A program made the position numbers and the translations under genes. From assembly GCA_044224815.1 (NCBI GenBank), contig JBGAJR010000019.1, forward strand, positions 64,001 to 128,000: DNA of 64,000 bases, in the 5' to 3' direction. Shown here piece after piece: positions 19,746-28,855 of this stretch (positions are counted from its first letter, which is position 1; every line of letters starts with the position of its first letter). Under the pieces are notes generated by a model. It saw only the letters and a list, made by a program, of their open reading frames with translations, ran no database searches and was not told the DNA's origin. The stretch is from Polyangiaceae bacterium. GTDB taxonomy: Bacteria > Myxococcota_A > Polyangia > Polyangiales > Polyangiaceae.

Positions 19746-20978
19746 TTACTGCTTGCCGCCGCCCTTGCCACCTCCGCCGCCCTTACCGCCGCCCCCGCCC
19801 TGACCCTTGCCACCGCCGCCGCCCTTGCCGCCGCCGGTTCCGGCCCCCTGCGTGTCGGTTTTGCCGGCGGGCTTGTCGGCCGGCTTCGCGGCGCCGGCCG
19901 GCGTCTTCGCTGCCGGTGCCTTCACGAGCTTGAGCGTCATGCGATCGCTCTCGCCGATCGCGGCGTACTTGTCGTGGTCCTTGTCCTTGAGGCGGAACGT
20001 CGGCGGCAAGGTCCACACGCCTTCGGCGTAGTCCTTGGTGTCCTTCGGGTTCGCGTTGATCTCCGAGGCGACGGCGAGCTTGAACCCGGCGGCCTCGGCC
20101 TGCTCGACGAGCCACTTCTGCGGCACGTAGCCCTTCTTCGCGCTCTCCTTCGGATCGGCGCCGTCGGGTGCGCGGTGCTCCTCGATCCCGAGCACGCCGT
20201 TCGGCTTGAGCACGCGGCGCACGTCGGCGAGCCAGTCGGCGAGGTTCCCACTATTCACCATGCCGTGGACGCCGCGCATGATGAGGACGAGATCGGCGCT
20301 CGCGTCCGGCCCGAGGTTCGGCGCCTTCTGGTCGATCTTTCGCGTCTCGACCTTGCCGTAGATCTCCGGCGCCTTCTCGAGGAACCCCTTCCAGCGCTGC
20401 GCGTAGAACGTGCTGCGCTGATCAAGCGGGCCGTTCGGATCGCCGCCCGCCGTGCCGATGTACTTTCCATTCTTCGCGAGCACCGGCGCCAAGATTTCCG
20501 TGTACCAGCCCTCACCGGGGCCCACGTCGATCACGGTCATGTTCGGCTTGAGGCCGAAGAGCTCGAGCGTCTCGGTGGGATGACGGAACGCGTCGCGCGG
20601 CGCCGACGACGGCGCGCGGTGCTTGCCCGCGAGCGCAGCTGCGATGCCGGCCTTCGCGGTCGGGTAGCTCTTCTCGGCGAGCGCCTTGGCGGCAGCGTGG
20701 AGCTCCGGCGTCCACCGCGCGAGCTCCGTCTTCTGGCCCGCTTCCCACGCGGCGCGATCCTCTTCGAGCTCCTTCGCGGCTTGGGCCTTCTTCTTCTCTT
20801 CGGGCGTCGGCTCGGCCGGCTTGGGGGCCTCCGCGGTGGGCATGGGAGGCGGAGGCGGAGGAGGAGGCGCTGCGGTCGGTGCGACCGGAGGCGGTGCCGT
20901 TTCGGATTCACCACCGCAGGCGAAGACAAGGGCAGCGAGCGGGATGGCGGAGAGGAGGAGAACGCGGGAGCGCATCAT
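19746..20978 (-). CDS. Lipoprotein with a class I SAM-dependent methyltransferase fold and a C-terminal poly(Gly5-Lys) tail
   Basis: The internal start MMRSRVLLLSAIPLAALVFAC carries a lipobox. Pro/Ala-rich linker. Methyltransferase motif I TVIDVGPGEGWYT. The tail is GGGKGGGGGKGQGGGGGKGGGGGKGGGKQ. Confidence 0.65.
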   Translation of the reverse strand: MMRSRVLLLSAIPLAALVFACGGESETAPPPVAPTAAPPPPPPPPMPTAEAPKPAEPTPEEKKKAQAAKELEEDRAAWEAGQKTELARWTPELHAAAKALAEKSYPTAKAGIAAALAGKHRAPSSAPRDAFRHPTETLELFGLKPNMTVIDVGPGEGWYTEILAPVLAKNGKYIGTAGGDPNGPLDQRSTFYAQRWKGFLEKAPEIYGKVETRKIDQKAPNLGPDASADLVLIMRGVHGMVNSGNLADWLADVRRVLKPNGVLGIEEHRAPDGADPKESAKKGYVPQKWLVEQAEAAGFKLAVASEINANPKDTKDYAEGVWTLPPTFRLKDKDHDKYAAIGESDRMTLKLVKAPAAKTPAGAAKPADKPAGKTDTQGAGTGGGKGGGGGKGQGGGGGKGGGGGKGGGKQ

Positions 20979-21505
20979 GTCACGACCACTAACCCACTCC
21001 CCGCGCACGCTACAAGACGCCTCGTCCGACGCCGGCGCCGTCTCGTACGTCTGGCCACCGCTCGCCGCGTCCGGTCCGGACGCGCCGGTACAATTCGTAC
21101 GACGGGGCGTTCGTGGCGTGAGCCCAAGTCTGCGACGCCTCTGGCGATCGGGCGGGCACGCGGCCTGCAAAGGAGTGGAGCACCAACAAGGAGCTCACGC
21201 CATGTTCGCCCAGTCGTCCGTCACCGCCGCTCTCCAGTCCATCTCCGAAGAGGACCTCGCCTCGGTGCACGGACGCGTGCGATCCACGTGAGTGCGGTCT
21301 CGGGTACGCCGAGCAAGAGGCCGGTCGGCCGGTGGTGAACTCCGACGGTCGCGAGTGATCGCCGCTTCGCCTCGCCGACGGCGAGCGAGCCTTTCGCGTC
21401 TTGCTCCCGTGAGCCGTTCGCCACGCCCGCGTCACCTCGTTGTATTAGAGGAGAGTCGCGTTGGCCGTGGTCGGTGACGCGCGAGCGACGACGAGAAGGA
21501 AAAGG

Positions 21506-21562
21506 ATGAGCGTCTTCGAGCCCCACGCGACTCCACCGAACGAGCCGAAGGGCTCCCCGTGA
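21506..21562 (+). CDS. Possible 18-aa upstream ORF (MSVFEPHATPPNEPKGSP). Its stop overlaps the aquaporin GTG start (GTGA).
   Basis: A strong purine-rich RBS (AGAAGGAAAAGG) sits 2-3 nt before the ATG. The ORF is short and has no homology support. Confidence 0.2.
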   Translation: MSVFEPHATPPNEPKGSP

Positions 21563-22254
21563 GCGCGGCGCATCTCTCGCGGCGCGTCGTCGCCGAGGGC
21601 GTGGGCACGGCGCTCCTCCTCGCGACCGTCGTCGGCTCCGGGATCATGGCCGAGCGGCTCGCGGGCGGAAACGTGGCGATCGCGCTCCTCGCCAACACGA
21701 TCGCCACCGGGGCCGGGCTCGTGGCGCTCATTCTCACCTTCGGTCCGATCTCGGGCGCGCACTTCAATCCGGCCGTCACGATCGCGGAAGCGATGCAACG
21801 CGCGCTGCCTTGGCGTCAGGTGCCTTCGTACGTGCTCGCGCAGGTCATCGGCGCGTTCGTCGGGGTCGCGGTCGCGCACGTCATGTTCGGCGAGGCGCTC
21901 TTCTCCGCGTCGCGGCACGTTCGCGCCGGCGCACCGCAGCTCGTCAGCGAATTCGTCGCCACCTTCGGGCTCCTCGCCGTGATCTGGGGATGCGCGCGGA
22001 GACGCCCGACCGCCGTGCCGTTCGCGGTGGGCGCATACATCACGGCGGCGTACTGGTTCACGGCGTCGACGTCGTTCGCCAACCCGGCGGTCACGCTCGC
22101 CCGCGCGGCCACCGACACCTTTGCCGGAATTCGTCCCGCCGACGCGCCCGGCTTCATCGCGGCCCAGCTCGTCGGCGCGGTGGCGGCGACGGCGCTCTTC
22201 GCGTGGCTCGTCCCCGCTCACCCCGCCAGCGAGAAGGAGAAAGAGGTCGAATGA
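21559..22254 (+). CDS. MIP-family channel (aquaporin/aquaglyceroporin)
   Basis: Two NPA boxes (GAHFNPAVT and FANPAVT). Six hydrophobic helices. GTG start. The stop overlaps the arsC start (ATGA). Confidence 0.85.
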   Translation: MSAAHLSRRVVAEGVGTALLLATVVGSGIMAERLAGGNVAIALLANTIATGAGLVALILTFGPISGAHFNPAVTIAEAMQRALPWRQVPSYVLAQVIGAFVGVAVAHVMFGEALFSASRHVRAGAPQLVSEFVATFGLLAVIWGCARRRPTAVPFAVGAYITAAYWFTASTSFANPAVTLARAATDTFAGIRPADAPGFIAAQLVGAVAATALFAWLVPAHPASEKEKEVE

Positions 22255-22661
22255 AGACGGTCATTTTCGCCTGCGTTCACAACGCCGGTCGATCGCAGAT
22301 GGCCGCCGCGTGGTTCAACGCGCTGGCGTCGCCTGGGGCCGCAAGAGCCCTCTCGGCGGGCACGCAGCCCGGGGCGCACGTGCACCCCGAGGTGCTCGCG
22401 GCCATGAACGAAGTCGGCGTCGACCTTTCAGGCGCGAAGCCGCAGCTCCTGACCGACGCGCTCGCCGCCCAGGCGTCGCTCCTCGTGACGATGGGCTGCG
22501 GCGAGGCGTGCCCGGTCGTTCCGGGCCTCGCGCGCGAGGATTGGCCACTCGAAGACCCCAAGGGCAAACCCATCGAGCGCGTGCGCGAGATCCGCGACGA
22601 GGTGCGGCGCCGTGTGGTGGAGCTCCTCGCGCGAGAAGGCTGGTCGGAAAACGCAACCTGA
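22251..22661 (+). CDS. arsC: Arsenate reductase of the low-molecular-weight phosphatase type (ArsC)
   Basis: CX5R P-loop IFACVHNAGRSQMAAAWF, ArsC-style RSQMA. Additional Cys pair in MGCGEACPVVPG. 136 aa. Translationally coupled to the MIP channel. Confidence 0.8.
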   Translation: MKTVIFACVHNAGRSQMAAAWFNALASPGAARALSAGTQPGAHVHPEVLAAMNEVGVDLSGAKPQLLTDALAAQASLLVTMGCGEACPVVPGLAREDWPLEDPKGKPIERVREIRDEVRRRVVELLAREGWSENAT

Positions 22662-22685
22662 TTGCGATTGCATCAAGCGCTGGCG

Positions 22686-24488
22686 TCACCGGTTCGGGGC
22701 GCCGCTCGGCAGCGTCTTGAAGTGCGCCTGCGAGAGCGCCCGGAGCGCGTCGCAGCCATCGGCGCCGTGGGAGGCGAGATCGACGCAGCGCCATTCGGGA
22801 TCCCACACTTGCGCCGTCAATACGCGCTGCTCACCGAGCATCCCCCACGCGTTGAGCGGGCAAGGAAAGAGCGCGGTGCAATTGGTGATCGGTATCGGTG
22901 CGATCGGCGTGGGCGAGCCGAGAAGGCTTCGACCGGGGAGCGCTGCGACTTCGGTGCGCAGGCCGAACGCGCCGCGCACGCCATAAACGTCGAGCACCGT
23001 GGGCAATAGATCGAGGTGCGTCACGAGCGCTCGCTCGTAGTCCCGAAGCGCGCGGAGGCCGCGATCGTCCACGCCACCGCCGCGGGTGAGCATCCAGCCC
23101 GGTACGTGGATCTGCTCGTCGTAGAGGTTCTGCCCGTGGTGAATCGCGGAGTGCTCGCCGAACGCCTCGCCGTGATCGCTCGTGTAGGTGACCACGAGCG
23201 GCGTGCCCGAGGCCTCGCTCTTTCGAAACACCGCCCGAAGCACCTCGGCGAGCGCCGCGTCTTGGGCCACGATCGCGTTCTTGTAGGCCGCGTGCAGCTC
23301 GCCGAGCGTGGACCAGCTCACGACTCGCGACCACGGGGCAAACGGCGCCCGCGCCGGGTCGACGTAGTAAGGCGCGTGCGTGCCGGCGAACTGAAGGAAC
23401 AAGAAGAACGGCTGCGGGAGCGCATCGAGATCGCGGAGCGCGCGCTCGGCGAGCTTCCGGTCCACGCCTTCGTCGGTGACCTTGTCGTCGTCGTCGATCG
23501 CGCGCCCGAGCAAGGTCTCCACGCTGATGAAGGAGTCCGCCGCCTTCTGCACGTCGTCGCGTTCGAAGACCGACGCCATCTGCGCGGTCCAGACTGCGAC
23601 GTGGGGCCGAACGCCGTCGGGCCCGCGCACTCGCCGTACGAAGTCGAAGAGCGTGGGCGCAGCGAGCGTGCTCTCGCGGTCGGCCGTTTGCGTGCGGCCG
23701 GTGAGCACGGCGGAGAGAGACACCGCCGTGTAGCTGCTGACCGCGCGCATCTCGCGGAGCGGCAGGCGATCGCGTGTCAGCGCATCCACCTCGCGCATCG
23801 TCTCGCACGGAGTCGCCGTATCGCTCGGTGCGCTGCACGCGTCGCTCGCCCGCACGCTCTCGGTGAGGATGAAGACCACGTTGGGGAGCTTCGGTCCGGT
23901 CGTCGCCACCGGCGTCTCGTCGCGTGCGACGCGCGGCCCCGTCTCCTTCGCCGCATGGTCGAGTCGAGCGCTCGCGAGGTGGAGCGTCGCATCGGCGAGC
24001 GCGATCTCCGGCGTCGCGCGACGCGCGGCCGGGCCGAACGTCAGCCCCACGAGCGTCGCCGCCGCAGCCCCGATCACCGCGCGTGACGGTCGCAGAACGG
24101 GAGCGGCCAAGACGAGCGTGATCTCGGCGGCGAGGCCGGCGGCCACGAGCGCCGCCGCGCGCCCGGGCATCGATGCGAGCACGGAGCGGACGTCGGCCAG
24201 ATTGTGAAGCGCGCTCTCCGCGATCTGGCGATCGACGAAGACGTGCCAGTACCTCGCGAAGGTCGCCTGCGTGACGAACGTCAGCCCGAACAGCACCGCC
24301 GCCGCGACGCGAGCGGTCCGGGGGCGGATCGCGAGGACCAGCGCGCCGACGCCGGCGCTCGCGATCGTGACCAGGGCTCGCTCACCGAGCGAGAGCGAGC
24401 GCGCCGAGCTCAGAAGATCGAGTACGGCGAATTGGAGGACGAAGATCGCCGCGGCACAGGCTCGCGCGATGCGGGCCGTCGGCACCAT
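22686..24488 (-). CDS. Polytopic membrane protein with a sulfatase/alkaline-phosphatase superfamily domain; paralog of 11444..13345
   Basis: N-terminal TM helices. NVVFILTESVRASD, AGTHAPY and YTSDHGEAFGEH match the paralog motif for motif. Confidence 0.75.
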   Translation of the reverse strand: MVPTARIARACAAAIFVLQFAVLDLLSSARSLSLGERALVTIASAGVGALVLAIRPRTARVAAAVLFGLTFVTQATFARYWHVFVDRQIAESALHNLADVRSVLASMPGRAAALVAAGLAAEITLVLAAPVLRPSRAVIGAAAATLVGLTFGPAARRATPEIALADATLHLASARLDHAAKETGPRVARDETPVATTGPKLPNVVFILTESVRASDACSAPSDTATPCETMREVDALTRDRLPLREMRAVSSYTAVSLSAVLTGRTQTADRESTLAAPTLFDFVRRVRGPDGVRPHVAVWTAQMASVFERDDVQKAADSFISVETLLGRAIDDDDKVTDEGVDRKLAERALRDLDALPQPFFLFLQFAGTHAPYYVDPARAPFAPWSRVVSWSTLGELHAAYKNAIVAQDAALAEVLRAVFRKSEASGTPLVVTYTSDHGEAFGEHSAIHHGQNLYDEQIHVPGWMLTRGGGVDDRGLRALRDYERALVTHLDLLPTVLDVYGVRGAFGLRTEVAALPGRSLLGSPTPIAPIPITNCTALFPCPLNAWGMLGEQRVLTAQVWDPEWRCVDLASHGADGCDALRALSQAHFKTLPSGAPNR

Positions 24489-24528
24489 CGGCGGGCGAGG
24501 GGACCGGGTGAAAAACGTCGCCGGTCGG

Positions 24529-24726
24529 TCAGCCGCGCTCGGGCGTGGTGGTGCCCGGCATGTTGCGGATCTCTTTGCGTGCGACCTTCCAGGCGCGCTG
24601 GACGACCCACGAGAGGGACCGGCTCAGGCGGTTCGCCTCGCTCTGCATCTCCGACAGCATCTCGGCCGGAAAGTAGAGGCTTTGCTTGCGCTTGTCGGTG
24701 GTCTTCTGGATCGGCGCGTCGGTCAT
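24529..24726 (-). CDS. Small ribbon-helix-helix (CopG-like) protein of the Myxococcales-restricted type. The likely start is the internal MTDAPIQ.
   Basis: KRKQSLYFPAEMLSEMQSEANRLSRSLSWVVQRAWKVARKEI reads as one beta-strand followed by two helices, the RHH pattern. About 65 aa. Lies 40 bp upstream of the sulfatase-family gene on the same strand. Confidence 0.6.
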   Translation of the reverse strand: MTDAPIQKTTDKRKQSLYFPAEMLSEMQSEANRLSRSLSWVVQRAWKVARKEIRNMPGTTTPERG

Positions 24727-24889
24727 GGCCCGGAGGTTCTCGCACACTTACGGCGAAGTTCAAGGGCTTCGGTCCCAATCGCCCGCTCGCCGGGAAGCGA
24801 GCGGCGCCCGGCGACGGCTGCCCGGCCCCGGACGGCGTGTATGCCGCATGCTTGTGCCGGGACCCGCGATGGGGTGACGATCACTTTTC

Positions 24890-26938
24890 ATGCCCCTTCG
24901 CACCGCGAGCGTCCCGCCGCCCATGGAGGCCGCTTTCGAGAAGGCGGAGGCCCTCGTGTCGGCGTACTTCGCCAAGCGGGTCGACGACCCGTCGCAGGGC
25001 ACGATCGAGATCTCGGGCGAGCGCTACGTGCTCGTGCGCGCCTCGGCGCTGTCGGTGGAGTTCTTCTCGCTCGTCGCCGACCTCTACGGGCCGGGGCGAG
25101 AAGAGGAGGCCGAGCTCTTCGCGCGCAACATCCTCTTCGACCTCGCCCACGCGCTCGGTCGCGCCGACGCGCGCGAGTTCCAGCGCACGACCAAGATCAA
25201 AGAGCCGCTCGATTGCCTGAGCGCGGGCCCCATCGCCTTCGCCCACTCTGGTTGGGCGTACGTGCGCATTCACCCCGAGTCGAACCCGTCGCCTGACGCA
25301 GATTTCGTCCTTTTCTACGATCACCCGTACTCCTTCGAGGCCGAGGCCTGGCTCCGCTCGATGGGGAGAGGCAGCCGCACGCGTCGCGCCAAGGCGCTCC
25401 GTTCGGCCAAGAAGCGCCAGCCGGTGTGCATCATGAACGCCGGCTACTCGTCGGGTTGGTGCGAGGAGAGCTACTCGCTCTCGCTCGTCGCCACGGAGGT
25501 GCTCTGTCGTGCGCGCGGCGACGAGGCGTGTCGATTCATCATGGCGCCGCCGGATCGCATCGAGGCGCACCTCGACCGCTTCATCAAAGGGCGCAAGCGC
25601 ACCCGGGAGCCGCAGCCGGCGCCGCAGATCCCGGACTTTTTCGCGCGAAAGCGCATGGAAGAAGAGCTCCGCAAGGCGCAGGCCGAGCTCGAGCAGCGCG
25701 TGCGTGACCGCACCCAAGAGCTCCTCCGCGCGAACGAGCTCCTGAAGCGACAGATGATGGAGCGCGAGAAGATCGCCAAGCAGCTCCGTCAAGCGCACAA
25801 GCTCGAGGCCATCGGCCGCCTGTCGGGCGGCATCGCGCACGACTTCAACAACCTGCTCGCGATCTTCATGACGCGCGGCGGCCTTCTGCAACGTCGCCTC
25901 AAGCATTCGCTCGCCGAGGGCGATCCGGCGCTCGTCGATCTCTCGGAGATGCTCCGGGCCGGTGAGCGCGCGGCGGCGCTCACCGCGCAGCTCCTCGCGT
26001 TCAGTCGTGGTCAGGTGTTGGCTCGCGAGCGCATCGACTTCAACGTGGTCGCTCGCGAGCTCGCCAAGACGCTCGTGCCGCTCATCGGCGCCGACATCGA
26101 GCTCGACCTCGACATCGAGTCCGGACCGGCGCCGATCCGCGCCGATCGCGGCCAGATCGAGCAGGTCATCATGAACCTGGTGGTCAACGCGCGCGACGCG
26201 ATGCCCACCGGAGGCACGCTCGGGTTTTCGACCGGGATCGTGAACGTCGGTCGCGACTTCCGCACCCTCACCGGTGAGCTCCGGCCGCGCCGCTACGTCG
26301 TCCTCTCCATCACCGACTCCGGCATGGGCATGGACGAAGAGACGCAGAGCAAGATGTTCGATCCCTTCTTCACCACCAAGCCGGAAGGAAAAGGAACGGG
26401 CCTCGGTCTCGCGACGGTCTACGGCATCGTGCAGCAGTGCGACGGTGGCATCGTCGTGGAAAGTACGCCGGAGGCCGGCACGACGTTTCGCGTTTACCTT
26501 CCCGTCGACGGGGACGGCATCTCCCCTTCGGCCGCGGCTCCGCGGAGCTCCCGCGAGGTCGACACCGGCAGCGAGACGCTCCTTCTCGTGGAGGACGAGG
26601 CCGAGCTCCGGAGCGCCGTCGCCGAAGTCCTCTCCGACTGCGGCTACCACGTGGTGGCGACGCCGGGTCCGCTCGAGGCGTTGAAGCTCCTCGAGGAGCC
26701 GGATCGGCACATCGACGTCCTCGTGACCGATCTCGTCATGCCAAAGATGGGCGGCGTGGAGCTGGCGCGACGTGTCCTCTCCGCGCGCCCCGACGTGCGC
26801 GTGCTCTTCGTCTCGGGCTACGCCCCCGAGGGCGCGGAGCGCGAGACCATGCTCGTCGACAAGCGGGCGGCGTTCCTCGCCAAGCCGTTCCAGCCCGACG
26901 AGCTCTCACGCAAGCTGCGAAACCTCCTCGATCGCTGA
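24890..26938 (+). CDS. Hybrid sensor histidine kinase: N-terminal V4R-like ligand-binding domain, HisKA, HATPase, C-terminal receiver
   Basis: V4R-like region [19 protein letters not shown]...[16 protein letters not shown]-box [13 protein letters not shown]1 and G2 boxes ([22 protein letters not shown]). Receiver LLLVEDE...LVTDLVMP. Confidence 0.85.
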   Translation: MPLRTASVPPPMEAAFEKAEALVSAYFAKRVDDPSQGTIEISGERYVLVRASALSVEFFSLVADLYGPGREEEAELFARNILFDLAHALGRADAREFQRTTKIKEPLDCLSAGPIAFAHSGWAYVRIHPESNPSPDADFVLFYDHPYSFEAEAWLRSMGRGSRTRRAKALRSAKKRQPVCIMNAGYSSGWCEESYSLSLVATEVLCRARGDEACRFIMAPPDRIEAHLDRFIKGRKRTREPQPAPQIPDFFARKRMEEELRKAQAELEQRVRDRTQELLRANELLKRQMMEREKIAKQLRQAHKLEAIGRLSGGIAHDFNNLLAIFMTRGGLLQRRLKHSLAEGDPALVDLSEMLRAGERAAALTAQLLAFSRGQVLARERIDFNVVARELAKTLVPLIGADIELDLDIESGPAPIRADRGQIEQVIMNLVVNARDAMPTGGTLGFSTGIVNVGRDFRTLTGELRPRRYVVLSITDSGMGMDEETQSKMFDPFFTTKPEGKGTGLGLATVYGIVQQCDGGIVVESTPEAGTTFRVYLPVDGDGISPSAAAPRSSREVDTGSETLLLVEDEAELRSAVAEVLSDCGYHVVATPGPLEALKLLEEPDRHIDVLVTDLVMPKMGGVELARRVLSARPDVRVLFVSGYAPEGAERETMLVDKRAAFLAKPFQPDELSRKLRNLLDR

Positions 26939-27019
26939 GCGGCTGCGCGCGAAAATCGTTCGCGATCGATCAGGCGCGGGCCCGTGGCGGGCCGTGGTGC
27001 TTGCGATATCTTCGCGCTC

Positions 27020-28846
27020 ATGGCGCAGGCGTTCGACGTCGTCGTGTTGGGTGGAGGCATCGCGGGGGCGTTCCTCGCGCGGCACTTGAAGATCGCGCAC
27101 CCCGAGCTCTCGGTGCTCGTGCTCGAAGCCAAAGAGACCATCGACGACTTCAAGGTCGGCGAGTCGACGGTCGAGGTAGCTGCAAACTACATGATTCGTC
27201 GACTGCAGCTGTCGACGTACCTGTACCAACACCAGCTCCCCAAAAATGGCCTCCGCTTCTTCTTCGACGACGAAGCGAAGGACCTCCCGCTCACCGAGAT
27301 GAGCGAGATCGGCTCGTCGCGGTTCCCGCACGTGCCGAGCTTCCAGCTCGAGCGCGCCGCGCTGGAGCGCGATCTCGTGTCTCTCAACCGCGCCATCGGC
27401 GTCGACGTGCGGCTCGGGGCGAAGGTCACGGGTGTGTCGCTCACGACCGGCGGCACGGCCCCGCACGCGATCACCTTCGAGCAAGGCGGGGAGACGTTCT
27501 CGGTGACGGCGCGCTGGGCCGTCGATGCGACCGGCCGACGGCACGTCATCAACCGCGCCATCGGGGCCAAGGTCCACAAGGAGACGCGCCTCAACACCGC
27601 GGCGGCGTGGGCGCGCTACCGGAACGTGGCCGGCCTCGACGCCGTGCAGGATCCGGCGTGGCGCGGGCGGGTGCGGTGGACGTCGCGGCACCTCTCGACG
27701 AACCACATGATGTACGACGGCTACTGGATCTGGTTCATCCCGCTGGCCGGCGATTTGATGAGCGTGGGCGCGGTCTACGACAAGGACCGCATCGGAGACA
27801 CGATTCGGAAGCGAGAGCCCTTCGAGGAGTTCTTGCGGTCGCATCGATCGTCGCGAGATCTCATGGAGGGCGCCGAATTCGTCGATTTTCAGGCGTTCGC
27901 GCACCTCCCGTATCACTCCGACAAGTTCTTCTCCGAGGACCGCTGGGCGCTCACCGGCGAGGCGGGCGCATTCGTCGACCCGTTCTACAGCCCGGGCTCG
28001 GACTTCATCGCCACCGCCAACGAGTTCATCGTCTCGATGATCGAGAGCGAGCTCGCGGGCGACACGGCCACGTTCGAGAAGAAGGTGGGCGCGTACAACG
28101 CCTACTACCGCTTCAAGTACGAGCTCACGCTGCGCCTCTACGCGAAGCTCTACCCGATCTTCGGAAGCTACGAGGTCTTCCGCCTCAAGTTCCTGCTCGA
28201 CTTCAACAACTACTACAACGTGGTCGTGTGGCCGTTCATGAACGATCGGCTGCGCGACGTCGATTGGATCATCGAGGACCTGCGCCTCGCCGATCGCGTG
28301 GTCGAGGCGCAGTCGAACATGGCCGATCAGCTCGTGGCCATGGCCGATCACCTCCGCGGACGCGGGGAGTACTTCGGCCAGAACCGCGGCCGCTACGCCG
28401 ACGGTTTGTGGGGCGTGAGCCAGTTCGAGAAGCGGCTCACCCAGCCCATCGACTCCGAGTTCCGCAAGATGCAGCTCCAGAAGTGCTACGGGAGCACCTT
28501 CGCCAGCATCCTCGCGCGCATCACCGGCGAGGACGTCGCCGAGAAGGAGCTCGTGCTCTCGGCCATCGATTTTCCGACGGTGACGCTGATGAAGCGCATC
28601 GACGACGCGAGCTACGAGAAGCTGATCGGTCGCATCGAGCAGCGCATGAAGAAGGATCTCCTCCGCGCCTTCCCCGGTGCGCCGCTCGAACGCGTGTCGC
28701 TCGCCAAGCAGGGCGACACAGGGCATCGCGCGCCCACGGTCGTGGGCGGCATGGACCCGGAGCTCCTCCGCATGGTCGAGGCCCGCGCGAACGAGATGTG
28801 GACCGCGCGCGGCGAGTCGCTCGCGCACGTCACCGTCACCGACTGA
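27020..28846 (+). CDS. Flavin-dependent halogenase (tryptophan-halogenase family). The track ORF starts 36 bp upstream.
   Basis: FAD GxGxxG motif VVVLGGGIAGAF. Halogenase signature WxWxIP (GYWIWFIPL). Second signature FxxPxxSxG (FVDPFYSPGSDF). Candidate catalytic Lys in QLPKNGLRFFF. About 150-aa C-terminal extension. Confidence 0.8.
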   Translation: MAQAFDVVVLGGGIAGAFLARHLKIAHPELSVLVLEAKETIDDFKVGESTVEVAANYMIRRLQLSTYLYQHQLPKNGLRFFFDDEAKDLPLTEMSEIGSSRFPHVPSFQLERAALERDLVSLNRAIGVDVRLGAKVTGVSLTTGGTAPHAITFEQGGETFSVTARWAVDATGRRHVINRAIGAKVHKETRLNTAAAWARYRNVAGLDAVQDPAWRGRVRWTSRHLSTNHMMYDGYWIWFIPLAGDLMSVGAVYDKDRIGDTIRKREPFEEFLRSHRSSRDLMEGAEFVDFQAFAHLPYHSDKFFSEDRWALTGEAGAFVDPFYSPGSDFIATANEFIVSMIESELAGDTATFEKKVGAYNAYYRFKYELTLRLYAKLYPIFGSYEVFRLKFLLDFNNYYNVVVWPFMNDRLRDVDWIIEDLRLADRVVEAQSNMADQLVAMADHLRGRGEYFGQNRGRYADGLWGVSQFEKRLTQPIDSEFRKMQLQKCYGSTFASILARITGEDVAEKELVLSAIDFPTVTLMKRIDDASYEKLIGRIEQRMKKDLLRAFPGAPLERVSLAKQGDTGHRAPTVVGGMDPELLRMVEARANEMWTARGESLAHVTVTD

Positions 28847-28855
28847 CCGGCCGCG

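Noticed and set aside
19746-19900. Nucleotide tandem repeats (GCCGCCGCCCTTGCC-like) and the similar repeats in 60200..61300, considered as a possible CRISPR or non-coding repeat array
   Set aside because: The repeats are in-frame with coding sequence for the poly-Gly-Lys and Gly-rich proteins. They are short, degenerate, and lack spacer/repeat alternation.
21201-21290. 29-codon ORF (MFAQSSVTAALQSISEEDLASVHGRVRST) in the intergenic region upstream of the arsenic module, considered as a possible small peptide or RiPP precursor
   Set aside because: No RBS, no adjacent modifying enzymes, and it sits in a frame shared with a long spurious ORF. No evidence to support it.
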